The notes beneath the pieces are model-generated. The model saw nothing but the letters and a program-made list of their open reading frames with translations, made no database searches and was not told the origin of the DNA. A DNA stretch of 62,143 nucleotides, the filler included, from Nemertoderma westbladi (taxonomy: Eukaryota > Animalia > Xenacoelomorpha), in the NCBI GenBank assembly GCA_032718475.1. It is 3 parts of 3 records of this genome, joined end to end, with 100 filler letters (N's around TTAATTAATTAA, not from the genome) between each part and the next. Parts side by side here need not be neighbours in the genome. Positions count along the whole stretch, not along the records: positions 50,588 to 62,143 come from JAUCBJ010005966.1; 2 more parts are not named here. One strand, written 5' to 3'. Shown in pieces: positions 50,588-62,143 of the stretch. Each line of letters begins with the position of its first letter. Positions within the stretch are counted from its first letter, which is position 1. A program made the position numbers and the translations under genes.

Positions 50588-51020
50588 ACATGGTGGAAGG
50601 CATTCATGATTCCCAGAGTCATACCATCAGAGAGTCTGCAAAATTAACACTACCAAAGATTAATGATAAAATATCATTTCGTCTTAAAGGTGAAGATAAC
50701 TGGTGTCATGAAATTGTGCTTAGCAGAGCTGGAAAAGCAACAGGAAAGTACAGAAATTGCTTAAATGTACAATTTACTGGTCCTAAAGAAAGGCAGGATA
50801 GGATGATTGTGATAATTTTAACTTTGGTACTGACATTGACGAATGGACAGATAATAATACACCAGTTAGCGATGGTACTGAAGATGTTTATATAATAAAT
50901 GACAATGTTGTTAGTGATAAATATGCTGAAGCCAAGGTATACCAAGTACAGATGTGGGACCGGCATAATGTATATAAGACTGTAGATGATGTAGGAGGTA
51001 TTAGTTCCAGTACTCAATGG
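50588..51020 (+). mobile_element. Ty1/Copia (GalEa-like) pol fragment, integrase-RT linker
   Basis: VLSRAGKATGKYRNCLNV, then in another frame AEAK..Q.W..HNVYKTVDDVG..STQW, resembling the Copia RT N-terminus. Confidence 0.65.
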
Positions 51021-52595
51021 AGGAGGTATTAGTTCCAGTACTCAATGGAGGAGGTACCAGTTCCAGTACTCTATGGAGAAGGTATTATTACCAGTACTTA
51101 TATATATAGGAGGTATTAGTTGAAGTACTCAATGGAGGAGATATTATGTCCAGTACTCAATGGAGGAGGTATTAGTTCCAGTACTCAATGGAGGAGGTAC
51201 CAGTTCCAGTACTTATATATATAGGAGGTATTAGTTGAAGTACTCAATGGAGGAGATATTATGTCCAGTACTCAATGGAGAGGTTTTAGTTCCAGTACTC
51301 ATGTAGGAGGTACTAGTTCCAGTACTCTATGGAGAAGGTATTATTACCAGTACTTATATATATATATATATAGGGGGTATTAGTTGAAGTACTCAATGGA
51401 GGAGATATTAGGTCCAGTACTCAATGGAGAGGTATTATTTCCAGTACTCAATGGAGGAGGTATTAGTTCCATTACTCATGTAGGAGGTACTAGTTCCAGT
51501 ACTCAATGTAGGAGGTATTAGATTCAGTAGTTAGGTTGTGCCAGTGTGTCGCGATTTTCTGCTTCCCACGTCCTTTCGTGTCCCACTGGGGGATTTCCCT
51601 CCATCAGGCACAACGAGATTCGCGATTTTGTCGCCAACTCGCTGACTGAGGTTGCCTACATCGTCGCTGTCGAACCGCTGCTAAAGACATTATCCGGTGA
51701 AACTTTCTCGCATCGTACAACGTCCACGGACCAGCAGGCGAGACTGGATGTCTCGGTGAGCGGCTTCTGGGGTAACCGATTACAGCAGTCGTTCATCGAC
51801 GTATCCGTATTCAACCCGCTGGCAGCAACAAACACCGCTATGACATTAGAATCGGCACATCGCCATCACAAGAATCGGAAGATTCTGAAGTATGAGGAGA
51901 GAATCAGGGAAGAACACTCAACTTTCACTCCCCCTCATATTTTCAGTGTTTGGTGGGATGGCGCCACCTGCTCGCCAGTTTTTCAAGAGACTCGCCCTGA
52001 AGCTGGCTGATAAGCGCGACATTCGGTATTCGGAGTGTGTGTCGTGGGTATGGCGAAAAGTTAACTTCGCGCTGTTGTGCTCATCGCTGATGTGCCTTCG
52101 GGGTTGCAGGTCTGCCTCGAAACGCCCGGTACAGTGTTCTGTGGCCGACATATCCATCCGTCTGGCAAACGCAGACACAGAACCGCAGTTGTGATGGTGG
52201 TGGGTATTGCTACTGCACTACTTTTAAAAATCCCTCCATTTGTTTCTATCCTATAATTACAGTCCGCTGGTGGTGGGTTTTTTATGATATTTGTAAGATG
52301 TGTTTTTTAAATTTGAAAGGTTTTTATACTTTAAGTAAATAAATGAGTAAATGGGTTAAAAAAGTTCCAGTAATCAATGGAGGATATATTATTAGGTCCA
52401 GTACCAGTACTCAATGGAGGAGGTATTAGTTCCAGAACTCAATGGAGGAGGTATTATTTCCAGTACTCGTGTAGGAGGTATTAGTTCCAGTACTCACTGG
52501 AGGAGGTACCAGTTCCAGTACTCTATGGAGAAGGTATTATTACCAGTATTAGTTTAAGTACTCAATGTAGGAGGTATTAGATCCAGTACTGAATG
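50991..52595. repeat. ~28-bp minisatellite GGAGGTATTAGTTCCAGTACTCAATGGA, split by a retroelement
   Basis: Arrays at 50991-51529 and 52364-52595. Confidence 0.9.
51530..52363 (+). mobile_element. CRE-like non-LTR retrotransposon 3' fragment (restriction-like endonuclease region)
   Basis: H.LSCPTGGFPSIRHNEIRD, VEP.L, ARLDVSVSGFW, FIDVSVFNP.A, K..KY; frameshift then PLIFS..GGM..; ends AATAAA and a short A run. Confidence 0.8.
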
Positions 52596-53351
52596 ATGCG
52601 GTGTTAGTACAATACTGAAAGTAGAATGTCTAAACTCTACTACTTTGGGGTCAATGTATTTCTCTCAGTACTCGAAGGAGCATGGCTTTAGTTACATTAC
52701 TGTGACCAATGGTTCCAGTACTGCTGGAACAATGTATGTATTAGTCCCATTAATCAAGGGATAATGTTTCCAATACTACAGGCGTGGGAGAATGTCTTAT
52801 TCCCTGTATCACAGTAAACGAATACTTTTAGCCCTTTTGCGAACTTGATCCACCGCTGGTTATCTTATTATCCTTGATCTATGCGTCTAGCCATTGAGTT
52901 GTTAATCCACAACGCTAGATAGCGAGAAAAAGTTTATTCTATGAGCAAAAGGGAACGCCTAGTGGCATTATATAGAACTGCACTGGAGCAATAACTGCAA
53001 TAAGATTTCTACATTTATGATAAATATTGGGGAAATTATTATCAAAAGCATTATTACCTTTAGGGGAGAATTTGTGATACCCAGGTAATTATGTGGTTGT
53101 GGTCAGGATTTTATTGCAAAAATAATCCTAGACATAGCCAAATTCGTCCCGTGATGTTAATAACATCCCTTTTAATGATAGCCAGTAATATATCCTGTTT
53201 GGAGGTACTTTTTACTTTTTGGAGTGTGCTTTAAATAAACTTAAATATTTCGTACGACGACATGCATAAATAAACTATACATGCATATACGACACAAATA
53301 AACTAACTACCTATGCATGGGAATCATTCTTAAGTGGGGTTGCGTCCAATG

Positions 53352-53489
53352 CCTTGGCGAATGAATATATCCGCCTCAATGTTAAATTCTCAATTTAGGG
53401 AAAGGAGCAGGTCACAGTGGCACGTTCAACCAAAACAATAAACTAAGCACATTAAAACAGGTTACAGTTTTATTTTTGAGAATAATCAG
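53352..53489. repeat. diverged repeat, inverted partner at ~55652-55806
   Basis: CCGCCTCAATGTTAAAT.CTCAATTTAGGGAAAGGAGCAGG..AACCAAAACAATAAACTAA..ACAGGTTACAGTTTTATTTTTGAG matches the reverse complement of 55652-55806. Confidence 0.7.
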
Positions 53490-54125
53490 CTTTTATTTGC
53501 AGTCGAATTTCCCCTATGGAGAGGGATGAATTTGTATTACGTCCAGTCCCCCCCCCCCCCCCCCCCCCCCTATCTGATTTCTATATAGTATGGGATGGGA
53601 TGCGGGATGTCCCAGTATGAAATTAAATAATATATTCAATTATTCCCAAAAGGGTCGGATCTGAAATGGAAAAAAAACAAATAAAACAATAAGTAAAAAA
53701 ATAATAAAATAAAAAAAAACATATATATATAAAAAACCAAAAAAAACCGCTTTGCTGATTTTGAAAAAAAATCAATGTTTTTTCAAACCCTGGTTGTGAT
53801 ATTGAATGATGAAATATTTTTAGTAGTAACATGGAATGCTACATATAGAGAATCCCTATATAGCAATAATAATAATAATATTTATAAGTTCAACATTTAA
53901 ACAAGGTATATAAATAAATAATGATTAGTATATATATAATACTTTCAAGTAAAACAGTGTATAGTCAAAATTTGTTGCCAAATCAATTATTTTTACTAAT
54001 TAGTGATGTCAAATTATGGCGTTAAAAGTTCTTTGTATGATGGAGGGTAGGAATGTGTATCACGAATGTGACTATAAGTAAAACAATTTATGCACCATAG
54101 CCATAAACTAACTACCGGTACAAAT

Positions 54126-54911
54126 TTACCGTTTAGGAAATAATTTCATAAAAATAACCATCCATAGAAAAATAAGGAAGACGGCAATGACCATAATCCA
54201 AAGGGTCCAACCACTTCCTCTATTAATTGTCGTGGATAACCGCTGCGTCTCAAGTGTTAGTTTAGTTGTGTTACTCTCCGCCATACCAGTGGCTTCGTGT
54301 AAGGCCTTGTTATCCTGCCCTATAATCCTATTAGCCATTAACGAAGTCTCTTTAAGACTCTTCGTAAGAACCAAAAGATCATCGGCCAGCTTTTCGTGCA
54401 TCTCCCGCTGGTGTTGTATAACAACATCGAGATCGGAATCTGGTTGGGACGAGGAAGATTTACGACGACGTCTCAACCCGTCCTCCGATATATCACCGAG
54501 TAACTCCTCTTTTATATCAGAACTGAATTTCGATTTGACTTGCAAATGGATTTCTTGAGATTTAGTTGACACAGCGCTGGCATTGCAGCTAGAGAGGACA
54601 AGTTGCGATTTCGCCGCAAAACTAGCATCTATCAATTTACTTTTCTCGGCTTCGATGGCTCCTTTGAGGAAGGCGATTCGTCGTCCGTATTCATTGACAA
54701 CCTCGGATTTGGGTTTCAGGTTCGATTTGTTGAGTTCATTGAGTTTGGATTCCAAGGAACCCACATAGGCCTCCAGTCGCCAATCCTTGGTGGATACCGA
54801 GCCAGCAGCAGCCATTTCCTCGCAGCGGCCCAATAATCGGATGAGGTTGGTCTCGAGTTGCGAAGGTCTCCGTAAACGGATAGAGTCGCGTTCATCTACA
54901 GCACCCGTCAT
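54126..54911 (-). CDS. USE1: vesicle transport SNARE USE1, intronless
   Basis: S.LE.NL.RLL.RCE.MAA..DWRLE.YV..LE..KP..EV.NEY...FLKG..EAEK; SNARE coil HEKLADDLL.L..SLKE; C-terminal TM anchor ..FMKLFPK. Confidence 0.92.
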   Translation of the reverse strand: MTGAVDERDSIRLRRPSQLETNLIRLLGRCEEMAAAGSVSTKDWRLEAYVGSLESKLNELNKSNLKPKSEVVNEYGRRIAFLKGAIEAEKSKLIDASFAAKSQLVLSSCNASAVSTKSQEIHLQVKSKFSSDIKEELLGDISEDGLRRRRKSSSSQPDSDLDVVIQHQREMHEKLADDLLVLTKSLKETSLMANRIIGQDNKALHEATGMAESNTTKLTLETQRLSTTINRGSGWTLWIMVIAVFLIFLWMVIFMKLFPKR

Positions 54912-56482
54912 CGCTATTGGTCTGATGTCTGCTCTCGCTCTCCTGTCTCACTGCGAGCTGGCTGGACCTGTATGTCTGTTGCAGTTGAAACGTGATGCTA
55001 GTAGGAGGCCTAGATATCAAAGGAATAGTAGTCAACAAACATCGGTAGGTTACTTCAGTCCTTAACAGCTTGGTTTGCCTTTGTTAGGGCACAGCAAACA
55101 GCAGAGCAGGCATGAAGCCCTGCAGCAGAATGAATTTAGAAAAGGCAGTTATTTTTGTTCTGTATTTTTCTTTTTTTTTTGCCAAATATTTGTGCTTAAT
55201 TAAATGCCCAGTATTATTTGAAATGGTAGAGTCAATAGTCAGAGTCACGTTTCGAGTATCTACAAATGCAATACAGTTACAGTACAGCAACAGCAATAGG
55301 CCTACAAAATATTAATTTTTTATAAATTTACGAGTTTGTACCGGTACAATGCAGCAATGAATTTGTTGAGGCTATGGAGGATTGTATATTATGGGTATAT
55401 TTTATTTGGTTTATTATTTTTGTTAGGGTTAGTTCAGTAGTTTGTCAGGCCTTAACCCTAATTAAAACTGTGCTGTCATCCTTTCCCTAAAATTTAACAT
55501 TGCACATTGGCAGATTGGGGTGGGATATTAATTCGCCATGATGGGATTTGCGTCCAGTTTCCCCTCCTGTCTCAAATTTGCAGATAGGGGCAGGGGGGAA
55601 ACTGGACGCAAAAAAATTAATCCCTCTCCAGAGGAAATTGGACGCAAATAACTGATGATTACTCTCAAAAATAAAACTGTAACCTGTTCTATTGTGTTTA
55701 GTTTATTGTTTTGGTTAAAATAACGTGGCAGTGGCACTGCATCTGCATCCTGCTCCTTTCCCTAAATTGAGGATTTAACATTGAGGCGGGATATTAATTC
55801 ACCAAGGTGGGTTTTACGTCCAGTTTCCCCCCCTGTCTCCGAATTTGTAGGTACCACAATCCAGCAATCGTGACATTCCCTTTGAAATTACTTTATAAGT
55901 AGGCTAGTTTTCTGCTGTGTAATACTGCTAGTAATACTGCTACTTCTGTACTTGACAGACAGACTGCTGCTTATGTCTTTCAACAAAACGCAAATACACC
56001 CACTCACTCAGTCTATCTATGTAGGCCTATGTGAGAAACACTTTGAGATTTTAACAACAATTAAGAAATTATCTAGGCCTATTATAATTATATACAAAAA
56101 TGTAACAGTGTAATAGGCCTACAAATGTAAATAAATAAAAAATAAATAAATAAAAATGTAAATACAAAAGATTAGAAATTGACCTCTGCCTATGAGTTAC
56201 TGACACATAAGCAGCAAACCCTAGCATGCATAATCGACCAATGAAAATAGAAAACGTTTTGAGTCCCTCCTATTGGCTTGTTTGTGTTTGGCAATGCTCT
56301 CAGTCTCAGTAATCGGGTATAACTTTTCGCCGTATCCCTATCCGTATGCATTTGCCGTAGGCCTATATCCGTATGTACATACGCATATGTGCCGTAGGCC
56401 TATGTAATGGATTCCTATGGAGAATAATCCGTATGTGATTTTAGAGATTAGGCATTGCGGACCAGTCTGCCAGTAAGAAGTG

Positions 56483-56703
56483 AGTTATAGTTCATATCCG
56501 CACCTCTGGTATTTTCGCGGTAAGACTATAAGTATGAAATACCCTATGTTATTGAGATATTGTTTATTGTTTTGGTTAGAAACGCCCACCACTGTAACCT
56601 GCTCCTTTCCGTTAATTAAGTAATGGAGATTAGTTAGAAAACTCCACCACTGTCTGACTGTAACCTGCTTCTTTTGCCAGAGGTACGCATATGAACGATA
56701 ACC
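56483..56703. mobile_element. 221-bp MITE inserted in the left TIR
   Basis: ~27-bp imperfect TIRs (RGTTAT.GTTCATAT.CG.ACCTCTGG); 8-bp TSD AAGAAGTG; absent from the right arm. Confidence 0.85.
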
Positions 56704-58123
56704 AAGAAGTGCACTAACACACATGCAGACCGAAGACAGGTAGGCCTACTTAAAGCTAAGTGATTTAAAGAGTGTGGCTGCCGCTACCTTATGTCAAATA
56801 AACAATGCAGAACAGGTCCAGGATGAGTGACAGCCGGCTGGCCGGTGTCCGTCAGCCCCGGGATGCGCCAGCAGTGCAGTATCTATTAACCAGTTAACTC
56901 TTCTTGACGCCACTTGGAAAACTAACCAACCGTGATTTATTTGTGAACTGTTTTTCCACCAACCTGGCTATAATGTTGTTGGTTGCTTGCTACAGTATAT
57001 GGAAATGGAACTAACATAGTATAGACTGATAGAAGCAGCAATGAGAATGCTAAGGGAATAAACATTCGCACAGATATTGAAAACCGTCGTGTCAGTCTGT
57101 CCTTCTTCATGTGAATTTATTAACATACTGATATAACTGTATAATACAGTAATATACCTTTACTTTCGCCGTTTCGGGGCCAGTATTTAGTTAACCATAG
57201 CAGGCCCTATGCAGCCAAGTGCTAACAAGACCAACCTAGTGCCAGTCTGCCAGTTAGTCAAACCACGTGTCAGCGAGTGCAACTGGCAACCGGGTGCCAG
57301 TAATTAGGAACCGAGAGGTTCATTACTGTAAGAATTGCTCGAGACTGGCTGACTGACTGACTGATCTACAGCCAAAACTACTCTAACGATTTTGATGAAA
57401 TTTTCACAGCGGCTAGATACCGCGATTCTAAGGTCCCTGGAATGTTCCGCTATTTTGTCCATGAGCCGTGGGCTCGAAAAATAGACATAAACGAAAAAAC
57501 GCCATAGGCGCAATGATAAAAACACCAGCTGGCACTCATGAAAAATGCATAGAGATGGCCTAGTAATGCTATTCTATAGGAATGGCCACCTAACAAGGAA
57601 ATGCTTTCTCTGCCAAGTATTATCCTCACTCTACAACTCAGACAATAAGCAAACAAAAGCTGTGGGATTCTAATGTATTACATCATAAGCTGATTGCTCT
57701 CCCAATAGCCCTCACACACTCACTGAATCCAATGAAATCGAATATCTATTAGCTTAATGCGAATAGCTGGTAAGCTGAATGCCATTTTAGTTATTGTGTA
57801 CTGTTGACAGCAGAGTTGACTGCTATGTTGTATGTATTTAATTAAAATAATTTTCGTAGAGGGAAGTTAATTTGGGATTACTTTCTATCAGATGTAAGCA
57901 AAGCTGTTCAATGGGGTGGGTCATGGGACCCAAATATAGTACATTATGCATGGCAAACATTAATAAAATCATTCAGTCAACCTGGAGGGTATTTGCTTGG
58001 TTAACTCTACTGTGCGAAAAACGAATTTATGATGTTACCCATACTTCAGGTGAATGAATTTTTAGATATTTGTACTGAAGGCAACGATTTCTGATATAAT
58101 TAAAATACAAGACAGGGGCTTGT

Positions 58124-58372
58124 TTCGATATATGTAGTTGCGCCCTTCTAGCAGCACGTGAGATAATCAAATAATAGACACAATGTTTGACTTTGTCCCT
58201 TCGAGCAGCACGTGAGTTTTGCTTTGACCCTTCGATATATGTATTTGCGCCCTTCGAGCAGCACGTGAATTACATCAAACAATAGACACATTGTTTGACT
58301 TTGTCCCTTCGAGCAGCACGTGAGTTTTGCTTTGACCCTTCGATATATGTATTTGCGCCCTTTGAGCAGCAC
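58124..58372. repeat. ~118-bp tandem repeat with CCCTTCGAGCAGCACGTG subrepeats
   Basis: About two higher-order units immediately before the GAGCC array. Confidence 0.8.
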
Positions 58373-58388
58373 GGGGAGTCGACTCAGA

Positions 58389-60487
58389 CCGAGCCAAGCC
58401 GAGCCAAGCCGAGCCGAGCCGAGCCGAGCCGAGCCGAGCCGAGCCGAGCCGAGCCGAGCCGAGCCGAGCCGAGCCGAGCCGAGCCGAGCCGAGCCGAGCC
58501 GAGCCGAGCCGAGCCGAGCCGAGCCGAGCCGAGCCGAGCCGAGCCGAGCCGAGCCGAGCCGAGCCGAGCCGAGCCGAGCCGAGCCGAGCCGAGCCGAGCC
58601 GAGCCGAGCCGAGCCGAGCCGAGCCGAGCCGAGCCGAGCCGAGCCGTGCCGTGCCGAGCCGAACCGAGCCGAGCCGAGCCGAGCCGAGCCGAGCCGAGCC
58701 GAGCCGAGCCGAGCCGAGCCGAGCCGAGCCGAGCCGAGCCGAGCCGAGCCGAGCCGAGCCGAGCCGAGCCGAGCCGAGCCGAGCCGAGCCGAGCCGAGCC
58801 GAGCCGAGCCGAGCCGAGCCGAGCCGAGCCGAGCCGAGCCGAGCCGAGCCGAGCCGAGCCGAACCGAGCCGAGCCGAGCCGAGCCGTGCCGAGCCGAGCC
58901 TAATCGAGCCGGGCCGAGCCGAGCCGAGCCGAATCAAGCCGAGCCGAGCCGAGCCGAGCCGAATCAAGCCGAGCCGAACCGAGCCGAGCCGAGCCAACCC
59001 GAGCCGAGCCGAGCCTAATCGAGCCGAGCCGAGCCGTGCCGAACCAAGCCAAGCCGAGCCGAGCCGAGCCCACCCGAGCCGAGCCAAGCCAAGCCGAGCC
59101 AAGCCGAGCCGAGCCGAGCCGAGCCGAGCCGAGCCGAGCCGAGCCGAGCCGAGCCGAGCCGAGCCGAGCCGAGCCGTGCCGTGCCGAGCCGAGCCGAGCC
59201 GAGCCGAGCCGAGCCGAGCCGAGCCGAGCCGAGCCGAGCCGAGCCGGGCCGAGCCGAGCCGAGCCGAATCAAGCCGAGCCGAGCCGAGCCGAGCCGAATC
59301 AAGCCGAGCCGTGCCGAGCCGAGCCGAGCCGTGCCGTGCCGAACCAAGCCAAGCCGAGCCGAGCCGAGCCCACCCGAGCCGAGCCAAGCCAAGCCGAGCC
59401 AAGCTGAGCCGAGCCGAGCCGAGCCGAGCCGAGCCGAGCCGAGCCGAGCCGAGCCGAGCCGAGCCGAGCCGAGCCGAGCCGAGCCGAGCCGAGCCGAGCC
59501 GAGCCGAGCCGAGCCGAGCCGAGCCGAGCCGAGCCGTGCCGAGACGAGCCGAGCCGAACCGAGCCGAACCGAGCCGAGCCGTGCCGAGCCGAGCCGAGCC
59601 AGGCCAGGCCAGGCCAAGCCGGGCCAAGCCAAGCCGAGCCGAATCAAGCCGAGCCGAACCGAGCCGAGCCGAGCCGTGCCGAACCAAGCCAAGCCGAGCC
59701 GAGCCGAGCCGAGCCGAGCCGAGCCCACCCGAGCCGAGCCGAGCCGAGCCGTGCCGAACCAAGCCAAGCCGAGCCGAGCCGAGCCCACCCGAGCCGAGCC
59801 AAGCCAAGCTGAGCCGAGCCGAGCCGAGCCGAGCCGAGCCGAGCCGAGCCGAGCCGAGCCGAGCCGAGCCGAGCCGAGCCGAGCCGAGCCGAGCCGAGCC
59901 GAGCCGAGCCGAGCCGAGCCGAGCCGAGCCGAGCCGAGCCGAGCCGAGCCGAGCCGAGCCGAGCCGAGCCGAGCCGAGCCGACCGAGCCGAGCCGAGCCG
60001 AGCCGAGCCGAGCCGAGCCGAGCCGAGCCGAGCCGAGCCGAGCCGAGCCGAGCCGAGCCGAGCCGAGCCGAGCCGAGCCGAGCCGAGCCGAGCCGAGCCG
60101 AGCCGAGCCGAGCCGAGCCGAGCCGAGCCGAGCCGAGCCGAGCCGTGCCGAGCCGAGACGAGCCGAGCCGAGCCGAGCCGAGCCGAGCCGAGCCGAGCCG
60201 AGCCGAGCCGAGCCGAGCCGAGCCGAGCCGAGCCGAGCCGAGCCGAGCCGAGCCGGGCCGAGCCGAGCCAGGCCAAGCCGGGCCGAGCCGAGCCAGGCCA
60301 AGCCGGGCCAAGCCGAGCCGAGCCGAGCCGAGCCGAATCAAGCCGAGCCGAACCGAACCGAGCCGAGCCGAGCCGAGCCGAGCCCACCCGAGCCGAGCTG
60401 AGCCGAGCCGAGCCTAATCGAGCCAAACCGAGCCGATCAAGCCAAGTCGAACTTAATCGTGCCCAATCGTGCAAGACCGAGCCGAGC
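58389..60487. repeat. (GAGCC)n pentanucleotide microsatellite, ~2.1 kb
   Basis: Pure runs plus recurrent GTGCC/AAGCC/GAATCAA variants. Confidence 0.98.
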
Positions 60488-60569
60488 TCGTTGTCTCTTT
60501 TATTTGAAATAAAAAGTCGGTTCCTTATCGGGCCGCTAGGCCCGTCACTAGTTAGCAAGTCGTTAGACT

Positions 60570-61682
60570 TGATTACTGTAAGAAAAAAAAGCTACTGGCT
60601 ACTGGCTACTGGCTACTGACCTAGAGCAAAAACGGCTCTAACGATTTTGATGAAATTTTGCATGGACCATGAAAATGGATTTCTAAGGGTACTTGTGAAA
60701 TCGCGCTTTAAATTGAAACATCTCAACTTGTTTTATTTCGAAAAATAGCCCCAAAACACGAAATTTGCCATAGGCGCAATGATAAAACACCAGCTGGCAC
60801 TCATGAAAAATGTATAGAGATGGCCTGGTAATGCATTCAATAGGAAGGGCAACTAACAAAGAAGTATTGTCTGTGCCAAGTTTTATTATCACTCTACTCT
60901 ACAACCCAGACAGTAATCAAACATAAACTGGTTTAACTATTACAGTCTCAGCTGAATAACTCTTCCCAATGCATCCTTGCTATGTTAATTAATTGGCGTG
61001 CAAGCTAAATGACTGTTAGTTAAACAGTGTGTTGACTACACAGTGTATTGTACTATGCTCTCATTGCATTATTGTTTTATTTTGAAATCTTTGCGCCAAC
61101 ATTAATACTGTGGAGGCTGTATGTTGATAAGGCTGCATGTTTACTCAGCCTCATAATGACTCTCCATAAGGCTAACATTATAGTTTTAAATGTAAAAATC
61201 TGTTATAATACTAATATAATTGTTATATTTAATTAATATCATGGTTTACAGTGAACAGTGTAAATTGTTAATCGCCGTTTACATTGAAACATCTCAACTT
61301 GTTTTATTTATTGCAAAAATAAGAACGAATTTGTCTTATCACTTCTTGTGCGCGATTGTATTGAATTCATGACAACTGCTGTTATTATTATTAATCAATT
61401 GACACCTCACCTCGACTCCTCTCTGAGACTCCGACTACTCTATCCGATAGAATAAAATAATCATTTCGCTAACTGCTCTCTATCTTCTATAATCACAACA
61501 GCTTTTATAATTCATTAGATGATTACAACATAATAATTATAGTTTGAAGTTGTCTAGAAAAGTTTTCGTACACCACCGGGACTACCCTCACACTAATTGA
61601 TTATCAGACAGAACAAAAAGCTTTTTCTTGACTCGTATTTTCTCCTACGACTTGCTTCACGGGCCGCTAGGCCCGTCTCTAG
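60570..61682 (+). mobile_element. non-autonomous Helitron-like element B
   Basis: 5' ~350 bp homologous to element A, with (GGCTACT)n in place of (CTGA)n; 3' hairpin ACGGGCC-GCTA-GGCCCGT (61659-61676) then CTAG|T. Confidence 0.72.
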
Positions 61683-62143
61683 TTAATCTAAGTCCAACCG
61701 GGCGGCCAGGTGTCAGTTAGTACAATAAAACAAGCGCTTTGAGCAATCCCGGGACTGAAGGACATCATCTGTCACTCATCCTGGACCTACAATGTTTATT
61801 TGCCATTAGGTAGCGGCAGCCGCACTCTTTAAATCACTTAGCTTTAAGTAGGCCTACCTGTCTTCAGTCTGCATGTGTGTTGTGCACTTCTTACTGGTCC
61901 GCAATGCCTAATCTTTAAAATCACATACGGATTATTCTCCATAGGAATCCATTACATACCGGTACGCACATACGCGTATGTGCATACGGATACGGCAAAT
62001 GCATACGGATACGGATACGGCGAAAAGTTATACCCTCAGTAATCTTTTAGGCTTGTCTTGGCTGCTGTATTATTCACTATTCAGGCATGTTAACATCCCT
62101 GTCAGGTTAAATTTTTCAAGTTTGCCTTACCTACCTACGTTTG

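Larger units (their letters stand above)
57320..60551 (+). mobile_element. non-autonomous Helitron-like element A carrying the GAGCC array
   Basis: 5' ATTACTGTAAGAA, (CTGA)n, CGATTTTGATGAAATTTT core; 3' hairpin CGGGCC-GCTA-GGCCCG (60529-60544) then CTAG|T. 5' boundary approximate. Confidence 0.7.
56315..62035. mobile_element. non-autonomous Mutator/MULE-like element (5.7 kb) with long TIRs
   Basis: Ends GGGTATAACTTTTCGCCGTATCC / GGATACGGCGAAAAGTTATACCC; arm homology ~270 bp (to ~56833 and from ~61769); perfect 9-bp TSD TCAGTAATC (56306-56314, 62036-62044); no transposase. Confidence 0.88.

Noticed and set aside
58275-60558. Long AEPSR/GSARL ORFs
   Set aside because: (GAGCC)n has no stop codon in any frame.

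Overview
Repeat-rich eukaryotic (probably invertebrate animal) genomic DNA in three contigs joined by two 100-nt N-linkers carrying TTAATTAATTAA (20889-20988, 50488-50587). Host genes: three tandem intronless AFG1L/LACE1 ATPase copies (one frameshifted), a spliced ZNF474-like C2HC zinc-finger gene (two exons found), an intronless USE1 SNARE and an orphan secreted-protein ORF. Mobile DNA dominates: a defective Ty3/Gypsy element; a 12.2-kb internally deleted BEL/Pao element with 1.19-kb LTRs and an unassigned 3' cargo ORF; an RTE-type LINE; two CRE-like fragments; a Copia (GalEa-like) fragment; a Penelope-like insertion with inverted arms, a 13-bp TSD and hammerhead-like motifs; hAT- and pogo-like elements duplicated with AFG1L; tRNA-derived SINEs; and a MULE-like element with a nested MITE and two Helitron-like elements. 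Five satellite families (19, 21, 39, ~28 and 5 bp) generate most of the long spurious ORFs. No prokaryotic system or CRISPR array is supported. All family calls come from motif recognition by eye; no database search was run.
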